From assembly GCA_964016885.1 (NCBI GenBank), contig OZ024740.1:300080001-300144000 (forward strand): 64,000 nt of DNA, read 5' to 3'. Source of the stretch: Eledone cirrhosa (Eukaryota). Positions within the stretch are counted from its first letter, which is position 1. Each line of letters begins with the position of its first letter. A model generated the notes under the pieces. The model was given only the letters and a program-made list of their open reading frames with translations, was not told where the DNA came from and ran no database searches. This document shows positions 37,147 through 50,899 of this stretch, in pieces. The translations under genes were made by a program, and so were the position numbers.

Positions 37147-38850
37147 TTGATATTGCCAGCTACTATTCTTCTATGTCGCCTTCACTTCTCAACAATGCTC
37201 TATCTTTCGCATTTAAATATTCTGACATCACCACAGATGAACTTCACATCATTCTCACAGCAAGAAAAAACATCTTAGAATTCAACAATGAATACTGGAC
37301 TAAAGCCGATACTTCCAACAATTTTGATATCACAATGGGTGCTTCCGATTCATCGCAATTGACTGATTTGATTGGTATGTTGAATTCTTTAAATTGGAAA
37401 ATTCCTCAACTTCGCGGTGGAATTTATCGTGACGATGGACTTTTTACTATCTTAAATTGCAACTTAGTTAACCTTAATATTATTAAGAAAAATATACGTG
37501 ATCCCTTTAAGCAACACAACCTTAAAATTGAATTTGAAAAGAACGTCAAACTAGCTAACTTCTTGGATATATCCCTTAATCTTGACACTGGCCTATGTTA
37601 CTCTTAGAATAAAAACAATGAGAATCTAAATTATGTTACTTTTAAATCTAACCACCCCACTAACATTAAAAATGCTATAGTAAGTAATATTGGAAAAAAG
37701 AATATCATACCTATTCTCTAATAAAAAATATCTTCGATGCTAACGTCAATTACTATAATAATGCGCTTTCTAAAGCCGGTTATCCTGATGAAATTAAATA
37801 CAGTAAAGAAACCAATCCTAGAAGGTCTTACAGTAAAATAATTAATTATGATCATTCCAATAACTTAAATAAAAGACCTAGATACAAAATATAATCTGGT
37901 ATAATGCTCCTTTCTCTATTTCTATTAATAATAATATTCCTAAACTATTCTTTAGAGCCTTACATAAATGCTTCCTTCCCTTTACTTCCGTTGTCACTCT
38001 TGTCTTCATAAAAACAGTGACTATATTTCCATTATTTATTTTATGAATAATTTTGAACCTCCAAATTTATAAAATTTGTAAAATCTTTAACAAACATACA
38101 ATAACCTTTTCCTATTCTGCCTCCTCCAACATCTCTAACATTATCTCTAAACACAACAATAAAATATTAAATATTAAATCACATCCTTCCAACACTGAGC
38201 GTCATAATAATAGCAGTAGTACTCCCGACGACATTGTTAACTCTAGGCTAGATTCTGCAAACTGAAATACGACGTCAAACGTAACTTCGTTGAATGTTCA
38301 TAATACCAATCTGAATCAGGAAACTATTATTCCTATCGTAAATAACTTCTCCAATCCAATTCCTCCTATAAATAACACTAAGTCACATGTTAATAACTCT
38401 GTTAATTTCTCTAATCGCAATTGTAATTGCCCTGTTAGAACTAAATATCCTCTCAATGACCATTGTCTTGATAAAAAATTAGTCTATGAATGTAAGGTTA
38501 TAACTGATATCAATTCCTTTACCTATTTCGTTTCAACTTCCACCTCCTTCAAAGCTAGATTTTATAATCACAATTCGTCTTTTAAATACCAACTTAAAAG
38601 AACTAACACGGCACTCTCAGAACTCATATCGTCCTTGAAAGACAAAAATATTAACTATAACATCTCTTGGAGAAAAGTTTGTTCTGCCTCTCCCTACTTG
38701 AATGCCTCCCTATCCAGAACATGTAATCTTTGCCTAGCTGAGAAATTTACCATTATATCTAATTTCAATTCTATAATAAATAGACGCACTGATTTATTTT
38801 CTCTCTGCTTGCATAAATTCCACACAACATTCCATAAAGTATATAGCTAA
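37147..38850 (+). pseudogene. PLE RT (YRDD) plus linker plus GIY-YIG endonuclease, disrupted
   Basis: DIASYYSS, FDITMGASDSS, GGIYRDDGL, NFLDISLNL, SNHP, IWYNAPF, CNCPVRTKYPL, VYEC, FKARFYNH, CNLCLAEK. Contains stops, frameshifts and an 88-bp foreign insert. Confidence 0.93.
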
Positions 38851-39991
38851 TATCTAATACCTTACAAGTTTAAAATCCTTTTTCTCAAAGGCTTATATAT
38901 CTTTAATAAATATACCTATCCTTCTACCTTATTTCAATATTATTTATTATATATTATATAATACAAGTTACTCATTCTATATCATTCCTCTTTATCACTT
39001 TCTTTTCTTCCTCTTTTCTTTTTAATTTCTAACCTCTAATCTGTACTTTTTCTTCCTAACTACTTCTCAATTCTTATTATTACTCACCACAACATTATCC
39101 ATTCTTCCATCTTTCTTCATATCATTGGCCATAACAATTATTATTATTTTTTTAATACATAATAGTATTACCTTTAATAGTCCTTCGAAAACATAAACAT
39201 TTTTTTTCTGTTGACGTTAGATTTTTCTTCCTTAAATTCCTAACTCATCCTTTCATGCTCGTTTGACTTTTACATATTACAATACATAAAAACAAACTTA
39301 AACCCTAACTAATTAGAAAATATTTCGTAAACATATATATTTTTTGATGTTAGATATTTTCTTCCTTAAACATTCTTTTCTTCTTTGCTTTCTGCGCTCA
39401 TTTTTAAACAAACTATTTACGTACAGATATTACGGTCACATATTACATTACATAAAAACAAACTTAAACACTAACTAATTCCTCTAAATTCATAATTCAT
39501 TCATTCTTCTACTTCTTTTCACATCATATCCTTAATAACATTAATATTTAAATTTTAATATTACATATTAATAATTTCTTTTCATATTATTAAACCCTTC
39601 AACATACAAACCTTAATTTAATATTATTCTTAATCCCTTTTTCTCTTCATGCATAAATCTCATTAACTTTTAATTTCAAATTCTTTTAAATTATCTATTA
39701 TCTTCCAACGGCTTTTTAACTTCTCTCTGTGAGACAATATATATATTTTTCGCAGTTGTAAAGGCCAACTCTCTCTCTCTATAACCAATCTCTCCTCCTC
39801 TCTCATCCTTCCTTCTTATACTCCTCCCCCACCATTCTTTACTCTCATCTCCTCCTCTTCCTTACCTTTTCCACCCCACCCCCCTCACTTTTTCCCAATC
39901 TCATACCTCAATCTTAACTTATCTTTCATATGTTCATTTAAAACTACTTCACTATTCACAAGTGTTTTTTAAGCTTCATATCATGTATCCC

Positions 39992-40062
39992 TATTTTATC
40001 TGATGAAAACGCAGATATCATCCCATGATGATATTTATTTTTGAAATGCGCATAACAAAATA
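39992..40062 (+). ncRNA. Type-I hammerhead ribozyme (3' pLTR copy)
   Basis: Same as 36455-36525 with one stem I mismatch (ACAAAATA). Confidence 0.82.
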
Positions 40063-40184
40063 CTTGGAACTCTTTTAACCATCTTTTGATCCTATATTAT
40101 TTATACTCTAGTCGTACAAACTGTAGAGTGCTACTTATCCTATATTTGAATTGCTTTATTGTGCTACAATATAACTCACCTTCT

Positions 40185-41821
<1,637 letters not shown>

Positions 41822-41907
41822 AAACGACCTCCCCCTATTGGCCCCTATACCTCCTCCCCACCCTACCCCCACCCCTCCTCAACCTGAAATACGGCCACTA
41901 TGGTTAT

Positions 41908-41954
41908 ATTCCTGATGATTTCTAAAGAATGAAACAGTTCTAGTCCTGTAGAAT
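41908..41954 (+). ncRNA. Type-I hammerhead ribozyme (family A) in PLE 3' end
   Basis: Identical to 30591-30637; 87 nt after the ORF stop and ~86 nt before (TA)n. Confidence 0.88.
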
Positions 41955-42038
41955 CTCATCTGTATTAAAACTTTTATACTCTGCTATGTATTGAGTACCT
42001 TACTTACTGTGGTTACCTCCGATTCAACCCGGAATAAC

Positions 42039-42083
<45 letters not shown>

Positions 42084-42086
<3 letters not shown>

Positions 42087-42971
42087 GGTGCGGACGATAT
42101 TCGTTCGCAAGATTACTGTCTAGGAAAATATAACACAGTAGTTTTATTATTTAAGATTTATCTATCAAACTTGGGTCAGTTTATCTTCGTGACTTGTTCT
42201 TTCGATCTCACTCGATACACCCGCCATTGGCTTTGATGACAGCCTCAAGGTGACCTCAAGGCGGCCTCGGAACCGACTACAGGCCTTCGTCACTGTGCCT
42301 CAACTTAGGCGCCTATAGGCACTTGTGATCCTGACCTTCAGATCGTCTTTCGTATTGCAGCTAGATTTGTTGGTGCCTCGTTCCACTGCACCCCACACGA
42401 AAAAGTTGAGGAGGTTGCAGTCAGGTGAGCTGTGAGGCCAGGTGTCAGGTGAAGTGTGTTCGACGAAGTTCTCTGACAGCCAGACGTGCGTCTTTCGGCT
42501 GGTATGGCAGGGCGCAGAGTCTTGCTGCCACACGTACGGCCCACCTGCATCTACCTGGTCGATCCAGGGCTTTACTACCTAGCTCAGAACGCAGATGTAG
42601 CCATCAGTGTTCAGCTTGAGGCCCTCAGGGAAGTGGTGAGGTGACATGACGTCACCATGACTGCTGTCGACACCTAAGACCAATGTGTCACTGGAAACTT
42701 TGTCTGCATGACTCTGGTTCACGTCTTTGGATGAGACACCATTCTCCTGCGGACGCTGAGAAAGTCTGAAATTTCCTTATTTGTCCTCCCGGTGCGGATT
42801 CCAAGAAGAACTCCGTGTCTCTTCCACAAATTTGGAGGTTCAAAATTATTCATAAAATAAATAATGGAATATAGTCACTGTTTTTATGAAGACAAGAGTG
42901 ACAACGGAAGTAAAAAAAAATTGCATAAAATTAGTAGTTGAAAATTGCGAACAAATATCGTCCACACCCTG
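42084..42971 (-). mobile_element. Internally deleted Tc1/mariner element of the DD37D (maT) family
   Basis: 27-bp TIRs CAGGGTGYGGACGATATTYGTTCGCAA, TA flanks. Transposase relic WQQDSAPCHT...WPHSSPDCNLL(N) has 37 residues between the second D and the third catalytic position. Confidence 0.9.
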
Positions 42972-42991
42972 TATATATATTTATATATATA

Positions 42992-43258
42992 CAGGGTGTG
43001 GACGATATTTGTTCGAAATTTTCAACTACTAATTTTATGCAATTTTTTTTTACTTTCGTTGTCACACTTGTCTTCATAAAAACAGTATATATATATATAT
43101 ATACAGGGTGTGGACGATATTTGTTCGCAATTTTCAACTACTAATTTTATGCAATTTTTTTTTACTTCCGTTGTCACTATTGTCTTCATAAAAACAGTGT
43201 CTATATTTCCATTATTTATTTTCAGAACAATTGATTATGAATAATTTTGAAACTCCAA
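42992..43258 (+). mobile_element. Two extra solo maT ends (42992-43086, 43104-43258)
   Basis: Each starts TA-CAGGGTGTGGACGATATTTGTTCG and is the reverse complement of the 42830-42971 end. Confidence 0.85.
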
Positions 43259-44097
43259 AATATATATATGAAATATGTCTAATAAAATAAATATGATTTT
43301 ATAAATATAGTTTCCATTTGTTAATATATTGTATATATATATATTAGAAAGTGAGGTTTTTTACAAAATGAAAAATAACCGAGGTGTCCTACACTAGTGA
43401 AAGTATAAAGAAAAAAATATGAAATCGAAAATGCAACTGGAGTCTTATTTAAAAATATATATATATATTTATTTGGTTCCTTTACCGGTTTCGCAGTTCT
43501 TCTGATTTTCAAAAGTAGAGTTGAGATGGAGGGTCTGTGGTTTTTCTCACCTCTGGTTGGTCTTTGAATGTTACTTGTTTTATATGGAAAACAGTGGCTC
43601 GAAAGGCCAGGTTTTCAGAGAAGTAAATTTATTGGTTGGTCAATAAGTATAATAAATTTCGCGCCAGTTCGCGTTACAAAGTTCTTCAAACAAGGGAGGT
43701 GGGGGGCTCAGGTTGTTTTTTCATAGATGAGTGAAGTTTGGTTGGTTGATGCAGTCACGTGAATAAGCACATCAGCTTTCATGTCAGCTTGTTTGAATTT
43801 CTTTTTTCTTTAAAAAAGTGGCTCACGAAGGCTTTTTTTAAAATAAATGTAATTTGATTGGTTATAAATGAAATTATGACTGTCACGTGAACAAGTTCAT
43901 TAAATTTCGCGCCCGTATTTGGGAATTTATTTTGTAGACTTTTAGAGAATTTTATGACAAACAAAAGATAATGGTCAAGAGAAATAAGATGGGAGAATTG
44001 TTCTGGTTCAGTGAATATGGCTGGTAAGTTGGGGTGTCAGAATTCAGACTTTCTATTGAAATAAAGAAAGTAGAGATATGTATGTTTATTTGTGTGC

Positions 44098-44136
<39 letters not shown>

Positions 44137-44511
44137 GGAAGATGATTCGATTAGTAGAAATGGGGGAGGGAGTTGTGTGTGTGTGTGTATATAGGTGGGT
44201 GTTATGTGTGTGTGTGGGACTATGTTAAGATGGAGAGAATATATATTTTTTGTGTGTGTGTATGTGTGTAGGAAAGTTATTCTATTAGTAGAAATGGGGA
44301 GGGCGTTGTGTGTGTGTGTGGGGGGGGGGTGTTATGTGTGTGTGTGTGTATGGGTGTCATGTGTGTGGGGGAGTATGGTTAGCAACTTAAGATGAAGAGA
44401 ATATAAATTGTGTGTGTGTGCATGTGTGTGTGTGTGTGTAGGAAAATTATTCCGTTAGTAGAAATATCTTTGAATGAACATAATTTCCTTATTTATTCGT
44501 ATTTGTTCTGT

Positions 44512-44582
<71 letters not shown>

Positions 44583-44960
44583 TGAGAAAATTTGCTCCGA
44601 AAGAATTGCATGTGTCCGAAGGAACCTGCAGCCGTAGAATCAGCCAGATTCATAAATTTGTAAATTTGATTCAGAACATTTAAAAACATTTGTTGGGATT
44701 GCCTGGATGTGTCCACATATGTTTCTCTACGAAGAAAAAGAAAATGGTCGAGATAGGAAAAAGTATACCGATTTTGAATAGAATTAATCTTTGCGTATAC
44801 TATGTTCCAAATTCAAGGCGCTTGACGGTGGCCTAACGGGTTTCCAATTGAGCTGACAATTTGCACACTCTGTGTTTTTGTTAATTGGAACAGGATTACA
44901 GGATTGGGCGATGGGAGCCGCAATAGTTTTGGAAAATTACCTATTGCTAAGGGCCATCCT

Positions 44961-45021
<61 letters not shown>

Positions 45022-45224
45022 CTATACTTTGGGAGGGTCATGTTGCAAATAGGAAACACACGCACCAGTTGGATGACTCCAATTTATTATTAAATAAATT
45101 ATAAACTTAAAAAATTTATAAATTTCTGGTTGGTTGGTTGGTTCCACAACCGGATGGTTGTTCATATATTGTCAAAGTTCGTTCGTCACACATGATTGCG
45201 GATTTAGTACGGGTGATGAGGAAC

Positions 45225-46037
45225 GTGTCTCGCATGTACAACCCCAAAGAACTAGAGTGAAACATACAACACTTCATCCACCGTATGCAGTTCTCTGGTT
45301 ACAATCAGAGAGATAAAATCAGAGTATATAGAGTCAGAACCAAATGGGAAAAATGGTAAATAATTATACAAATCGGACCTGCCCTTGTATAGGAGCAAAT
45401 TTTGGAATAGAATAGAAACAACTAGGAATAAGGTTAATAGAATAAACTCATGGTATGATAGTAATAAATACCAGACTGTAAGTTAATTCTCCTATGCTAC
45501 GAACTGTCTCACCTATGTACATTATATTCTTATCTTTACATTGTCCCTCATTACATCTTATGCTATATACTATGTTTCTAGTTTTGCAGTTAATATGGGG
45601 GCTTAGTTTACAGATTATGCATTTCTTATCTATACAGGGAGGTCTTTGAAAAGTATTACTAATACTTGTTTTATGGAGGTACCTGGTCTTTCCACTATCT
45701 TAATATTTAGTTCATGTTTATCTAGGGCCCTTCTAAATTTGTAAGCTAATTCACCTCTAGTGGTTGTATTGATGAACATTACACTCTGGTATTTATTGCT
45801 ATCATACCATGAGTTTATTCTATTAACCTTATTCCTAGTTCTTTCTATTCTATTCCAAAATTTGCTCCTATACAAGGGGCAGGTCCCATTTGTATAATTA
45901 TTTACCATTTTTTCCCATTTGGTTCTGACTCTATATACTCTGATTTTATCTCTCTGATTATAACCAGAGAACTGCATACGGTGGATGAAGTGTTGTATGT
46001 GTCACTCTAGTTCTTTGGGGTTGCACATGCGGGACAC
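45225..46037. mobile_element. Inverted duplication of a PLE thumb/linker fragment (different PLE lineage)
   Basis: 45225-45476 (+) is the reverse complement of ~45780-46037. Minus-strand translation MQFSGY..CPLYRSKFW..SWY..YQSVMFINTT.RGEL..IKIVERPGTSIKQVL is typical of a PLE RT-EN linker. Confidence 0.7.
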
Positions 46038-46184
46038 AAGTACTTGTTCAATTAACATTTAAAATTTAATATTCTACTATACTATTTCATTATAATATCA
46101 TTATAATTTTAAAGGATTGTAAATAAAATGAGTAAATCAGACAAAGTTGGAATTCCTTTTATTTATATATATATATATAGAGAG

Positions 46185-47237
46185 AGAGAGAATTAGTATA
46201 TTTACCAACATATGCGTACAGATGTACACTAATGCTAGCAAATACATAAGTTATGTCATAGTACCTAGGTGCTTCAATGCAGGAGGATGCAGAACAATAT
46301 ATTTATCTCCAAATTATTTATTTATTTATTTATTTGTTGAGCAAACCTGCCAAATCCACTACTAACTCATTGTAGTGGTAGTAGGCTTTTGTCATTTTAC
46401 CACCCCACTCCTTCCGACTAGCCTCAGTGTCACGTGATTGATTCTTTAGAATTTGCCATTTGACCAGAGACAGTGAATTTTTCAGTGCTTTGGAATTCAG
46501 TCCCCGCTAGCTGTTCCATCCACCGAATTATTATTATTTTTATATGAGTCCCTAGTGTCCGCGCATTGCCTGGAGACTTAGCTGAGAATAGACTCCCTGA
46601 TGACATAATGAATTCTCGATGGTTACATTGCGTAACTATCTTTATCCCATGACAGAAACTAATTAGTTGGAGTGAACATTTTAGTAAGTTAATTTTTAAT
46701 TTTTAAAATTTTCTTATTTTACGTCTTTCATATAATTGTTCTGCATCCTCCTGCATTGAACCACCTAGGTATTATGACATAACTTATGTATTTGCTAGCA
46801 TTAGTGTACATCTGCACGCATATGTTGGTAAACATACTAATTCTCTATATTTATCTCCAAATTATTTATTTATTTATTTATTTGTTGAGCAAACCTGCCA
46901 AATCCACTACTAACTCATTGTAGTGGTAGTAGGCTTTTGTCATTTTACCAGTCCACTCCTTCCGACTAGCCTCAGTGTCACGTGATTGATTCTTTAGAAT
47001 TTGCCATTTGACCAGATACAGTGAACTTTTTCAGTGCTTTGGAATTCAGTCCCCGCTAGCTGTTCCATCCACCGAATTATTATTATTTTTATATAAGTCC
47101 CTAGTGTCCGCGCATTGCCTGGAGACTTAGCTGAGAATAGACTCCCTGATGACGTAATGAATTCTCGATGGTTACATTGCGTTACTATCTTTATCCCATT
47201 ACAGAAACTAATTTTTAAAATTTTCTTATTTTACGTC

Positions 47238-47245
<8 letters not shown>
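46185..47245. repeat. Inverted-plus-tandem pLTR-like repeat (A' B A B)
   Basis: 46185-46297 is the reverse complement of 46733-46845. 46298-46732 is directly repeated at 46846-47245 (period ~548). Confidence 0.88.
46592..46673 (+). ncRNA. Type-I hammerhead ribozyme
   Basis: ACTCC-CTGATGA-(long stem II with GATGGTTAC/GTAACTATC hairpin)-GAAA-CTAATTAG-TT-GGAGT. The second copy at 47141-47213 lost its cleavage site by deletion. Confidence 0.82.
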
Positions 47246-47276
<31 letters not shown>

Positions 47277-47541
47277 AACACAAGAGCAAAAATGAGGGGC
47301 TCATTCTACTGACATGGCATTAAAAAAGAGGGTGTTTGCATAATTACAACCGAATCGATCAATAATATTAATATTCGAAAAACTCAGATTATATATATAT
47401 ATATATATATTTGAGTTCGGAACTAGCTGTCGAAACGGCCGAATCTCAGCCATCGAGGGTCCTGTCTCTTTTCCTATATATATATATATACACACAGACA
47501 CATATATATATATATATGTATATATATATGTATATATATAT

Positions 47542-47908
<367 letters not shown>

Positions 47909-48844
47909 ATTATATATATATATACAAAATAATAGTAATAATAATTACTTTTACACATTTATTGAACCAACCACATTTCGCAAACTAGAGAACAGTAGTC
48001 AAAATGATAGGATCTGTTTATAAAAATCCATGGTTACTTACCCTAGCGGATGTATGTATTCTTAGAACGCAGATGAAACGCATGACTCAGTTCCCTTAGT
48101 CTAATTGTATTTACTATTCTTTCTCTGGTTTAATAAACATGAAGAAGAGCCATAATTCTATATTTGTATAAATAATTATGATCTTATACTGCAAGCAGGC
48201 CAAATATCATAATATTTCTGATTTAAAATTCTTTTAAAAATACATTTCATCTCCCTCCCGTTGACCTTTATCAATATCCAAGATATTTCTCTATGGACAA
48301 TCAGATTTGTTCAAATCTCGTATACTCATTTTATATTATTATTAATTCTCATATGAAGCTTATCTTCTTCTAGTTCACTTGTGACTTTATGTTATATATA
48401 CAATTAACAGATATGAAATCTCTCACGATTTTTCTGTCGAACATTTACTTCTAGTCAGAAAACGCACAATCACTTTTACAGCCGCACACACAAACGTACA
48501 CATATACACACAGACACACAGACACACAGACACACACACACATACACACACACACACACATACATATATATAAATATATATATATATATGTGTGTATATG
48601 TATATATATGATGACTGCCCCCTCGTTATCGTTTTCATTGCACGATATACCATTATAAACAATTATTAATTAATTCTATCGTACAATGCCCTGTGCGTGA
48701 ATATATGTTTTAAAGTGAGGAAAGACTGTGCACTGAGCCAATCCCACTCTCTGAGCGACAGTAGCTATAATCCGAAAAAAAGAAAAGATAACATCATCAT
48801 TAACTACTGAGCCGCAGATTTTATATCGGAATTATCTGAGATTC

Positions 48845-49140
48845 CTGAGTTGCCTTCTCCTAGAAAAATGCCCTGACAATGGCTAGGGGCCCTCCACTCC
48901 CACTGGTTGAACCGCGCGGTACATGTGTATATATATATTTACACACTTTTGGATGGCTGTTGACTCTTATGAGTTTTTCTGCCCTTCGTAAGATTTGATG
49001 TTTTGTCCTGCAGGGTGTCCAAAATCACCCTCCTCGCCAAGTAAACTTGATGGAGTTGCCGGTTTAGTCACCGACGACCCGACCATGCGACAGGTTGTGC
49101 TGGTCTACATGTAACCAGTAGCTCTCAAGAGTGACCGACA
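48845..49140 (-). mobile_element. Probable LINE (RTE-type) 5' UTR relic
   Basis: Minus strand CTAGGAGAAGGCAACTC resembles a motif I recall from RTE 5' UTRs. GC-richer than the flanks. Confidence 0.35.
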
Positions 49141-49144
49141 CACA

Positions 49145-49223
<79 letters not shown>

Positions 49224-49839
49224 TCAATCGCACATACCCGCGCACTTTTCGCCGTTTCTTTGTCTTGCGTGCGTTTTAATTAGTAAACTTATTGCTGATC
49301 ACACTTCTCCCTAAATAATTTACCTCGACATCAACAGAAATAGGAACAAAGATATCCCTACTCTTGTTGCTGTACTTGCGTTGCCATTAAGTTTGGTGTG
49401 GTATTGCTGCTACTTATATTTTTGTTATTGGGTCCTGCTTATAATTTTGTAGCTTCACATCAATTTTCACCACCTCCGCCCGTGAATTTAGTCATGTTGT
49501 AATTTTATTAATGGTTACTCAAAATCAACCCTAATCAAAAAGAACTGTGAAAAGGGAATTCTAGCTGTGGAGATGACTTTTTTTATTAATATTTTCTAAA
49601 AATGAATTCATGCAATGCAATACGCTATTACTTTCTTTTGTTTACCTTTTTTACTTGGGGAATAACTTGCTGTTATTTCTAATAGGTTGAATGCCCTGGT
49701 AAAATCTAATCTAAACCTGTAATTCAACATAATATTGCTTTCACTTATATTAATGACTATATAATTTTCCTATAAAACATTATTGCCACACACAATAATG
49801 ATATCTTGAGTCCCTTGTTGTTCAACAAGGTAGTCATCG

Positions 49840-50730
49840 CCCGATTTCAGTGGAGTCCCATTTGTTAAAAATATTCAGACCAGGCTGCCAATTTTACACA
49901 AAACCGATAATGAATGGCATTTCCTCCGTTTTCATGGCGTCGCTTGAATTCTCTTTGTACGAAATTTGAGCAATCGCTGGTGATATGCCAAAGAGTTTCC
50001 CCTTTTTCTCGGTGTATCCTACACCTTTCTGTTTCATCTGTGTTATCAACCTTATTTTTTATATAATTTCCCCTTGCACATGTGATCACTTGTTTGCATT
50101 CATAACCATCTCTTCTCCAAATAGGTATTGGCTTTTATGTCCCTGTCAAAATGACTATACGTCCTCTCTTCTTTCCATCTCCTTCAGTTTCAATTATTTT
50201 TTCCTTCTTGTATTCCGTTCTTTTCTTTGCTATCCCCAATTGTCATCAATTTGACCTTTCACTTCCAGCAACAATGGTTCATTGGCCTTCTTTATGTACC
50301 AGGCACACTATTCTCTTTTCCTCCCTCACATCCTTCAACACTGATGAGTCCACGACTTCCTTTCTTTCGTGCCATGTTTAATCTGTCAACATCACTTCCT
50401 CGTTTTCCTAATCCAGGCATTATTTCTACCAAAATACTTCAGCCCTATAATATTTTAGCAAGTAAACTGCCCAAGTGTTAAGCACAACATGTTTACTTCA
50501 TCCACTCAAATTTGATTTTCGAATCAATCTCATTTTCGTTAAGTATTCATTTGCTTCCAAACTTAGTTTTCCATTCCTGTTCCGTCATGTAATCCATTTC
50601 CTAAATTCCAAGATATGTGTAACCAATATCATTTAATTGCTTCATGACTTCTTCTGAAGATATTGCCACTCCGTTCAAGTGATTGATCTTGCCTAATTTC
50701 AAAATGAGTACACCACATTTGTGTAAAGAA
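49840..50730 (-). pseudogene. RLE-type non-LTR retrotransposon (R4/Dong-like) RT C-terminus and zinc knuckle
   Basis: KCGVLILK, GYTYLGI, CRIHREKGETLWHITSDC..EFKRRHE..NAIHYRFC (degenerate CCHC plus RH motif). Confidence 0.75.
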
Positions 50731-50899
50731 TTTGGACGTCCAAATTAAAATCATGATGTATAATTAGATATGTTTCTTTAAATTAGATAGTTTCTCTTTA
50801 CTAATTGTTTCAGATTATCATTCCTAATTAGCATTGCTGTTTTGCCTTCCCAGAGATTATCCAGACAAACTGACACACACCCAGCCTGATCACAACTGA

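Larger units (their letters stand above)
36427..40180 (+). mobile_element. 5'-truncated PLE with ~710-bp inverted pseudo-LTR
   Basis: 36427-37146 is the reverse complement of 39385-40090. The RT-EN relic lies between them. Confidence 0.9.

Noticed and set aside
38263-38265. In-frame TGA in a Naiad-like ORF as possible selenocysteine (some Naiads are selenoproteins)
   Set aside because: It falls in a low-complexity Asn-rich linker, not at a conserved Cys. The copy has other disabling lesions and I saw no SECIS.
50341-50370. CTGATGAGTCC, a classic hammerhead start
   Set aside because: No GGAC-GAAA partner or stems; it lies antisense within a LINE relic.
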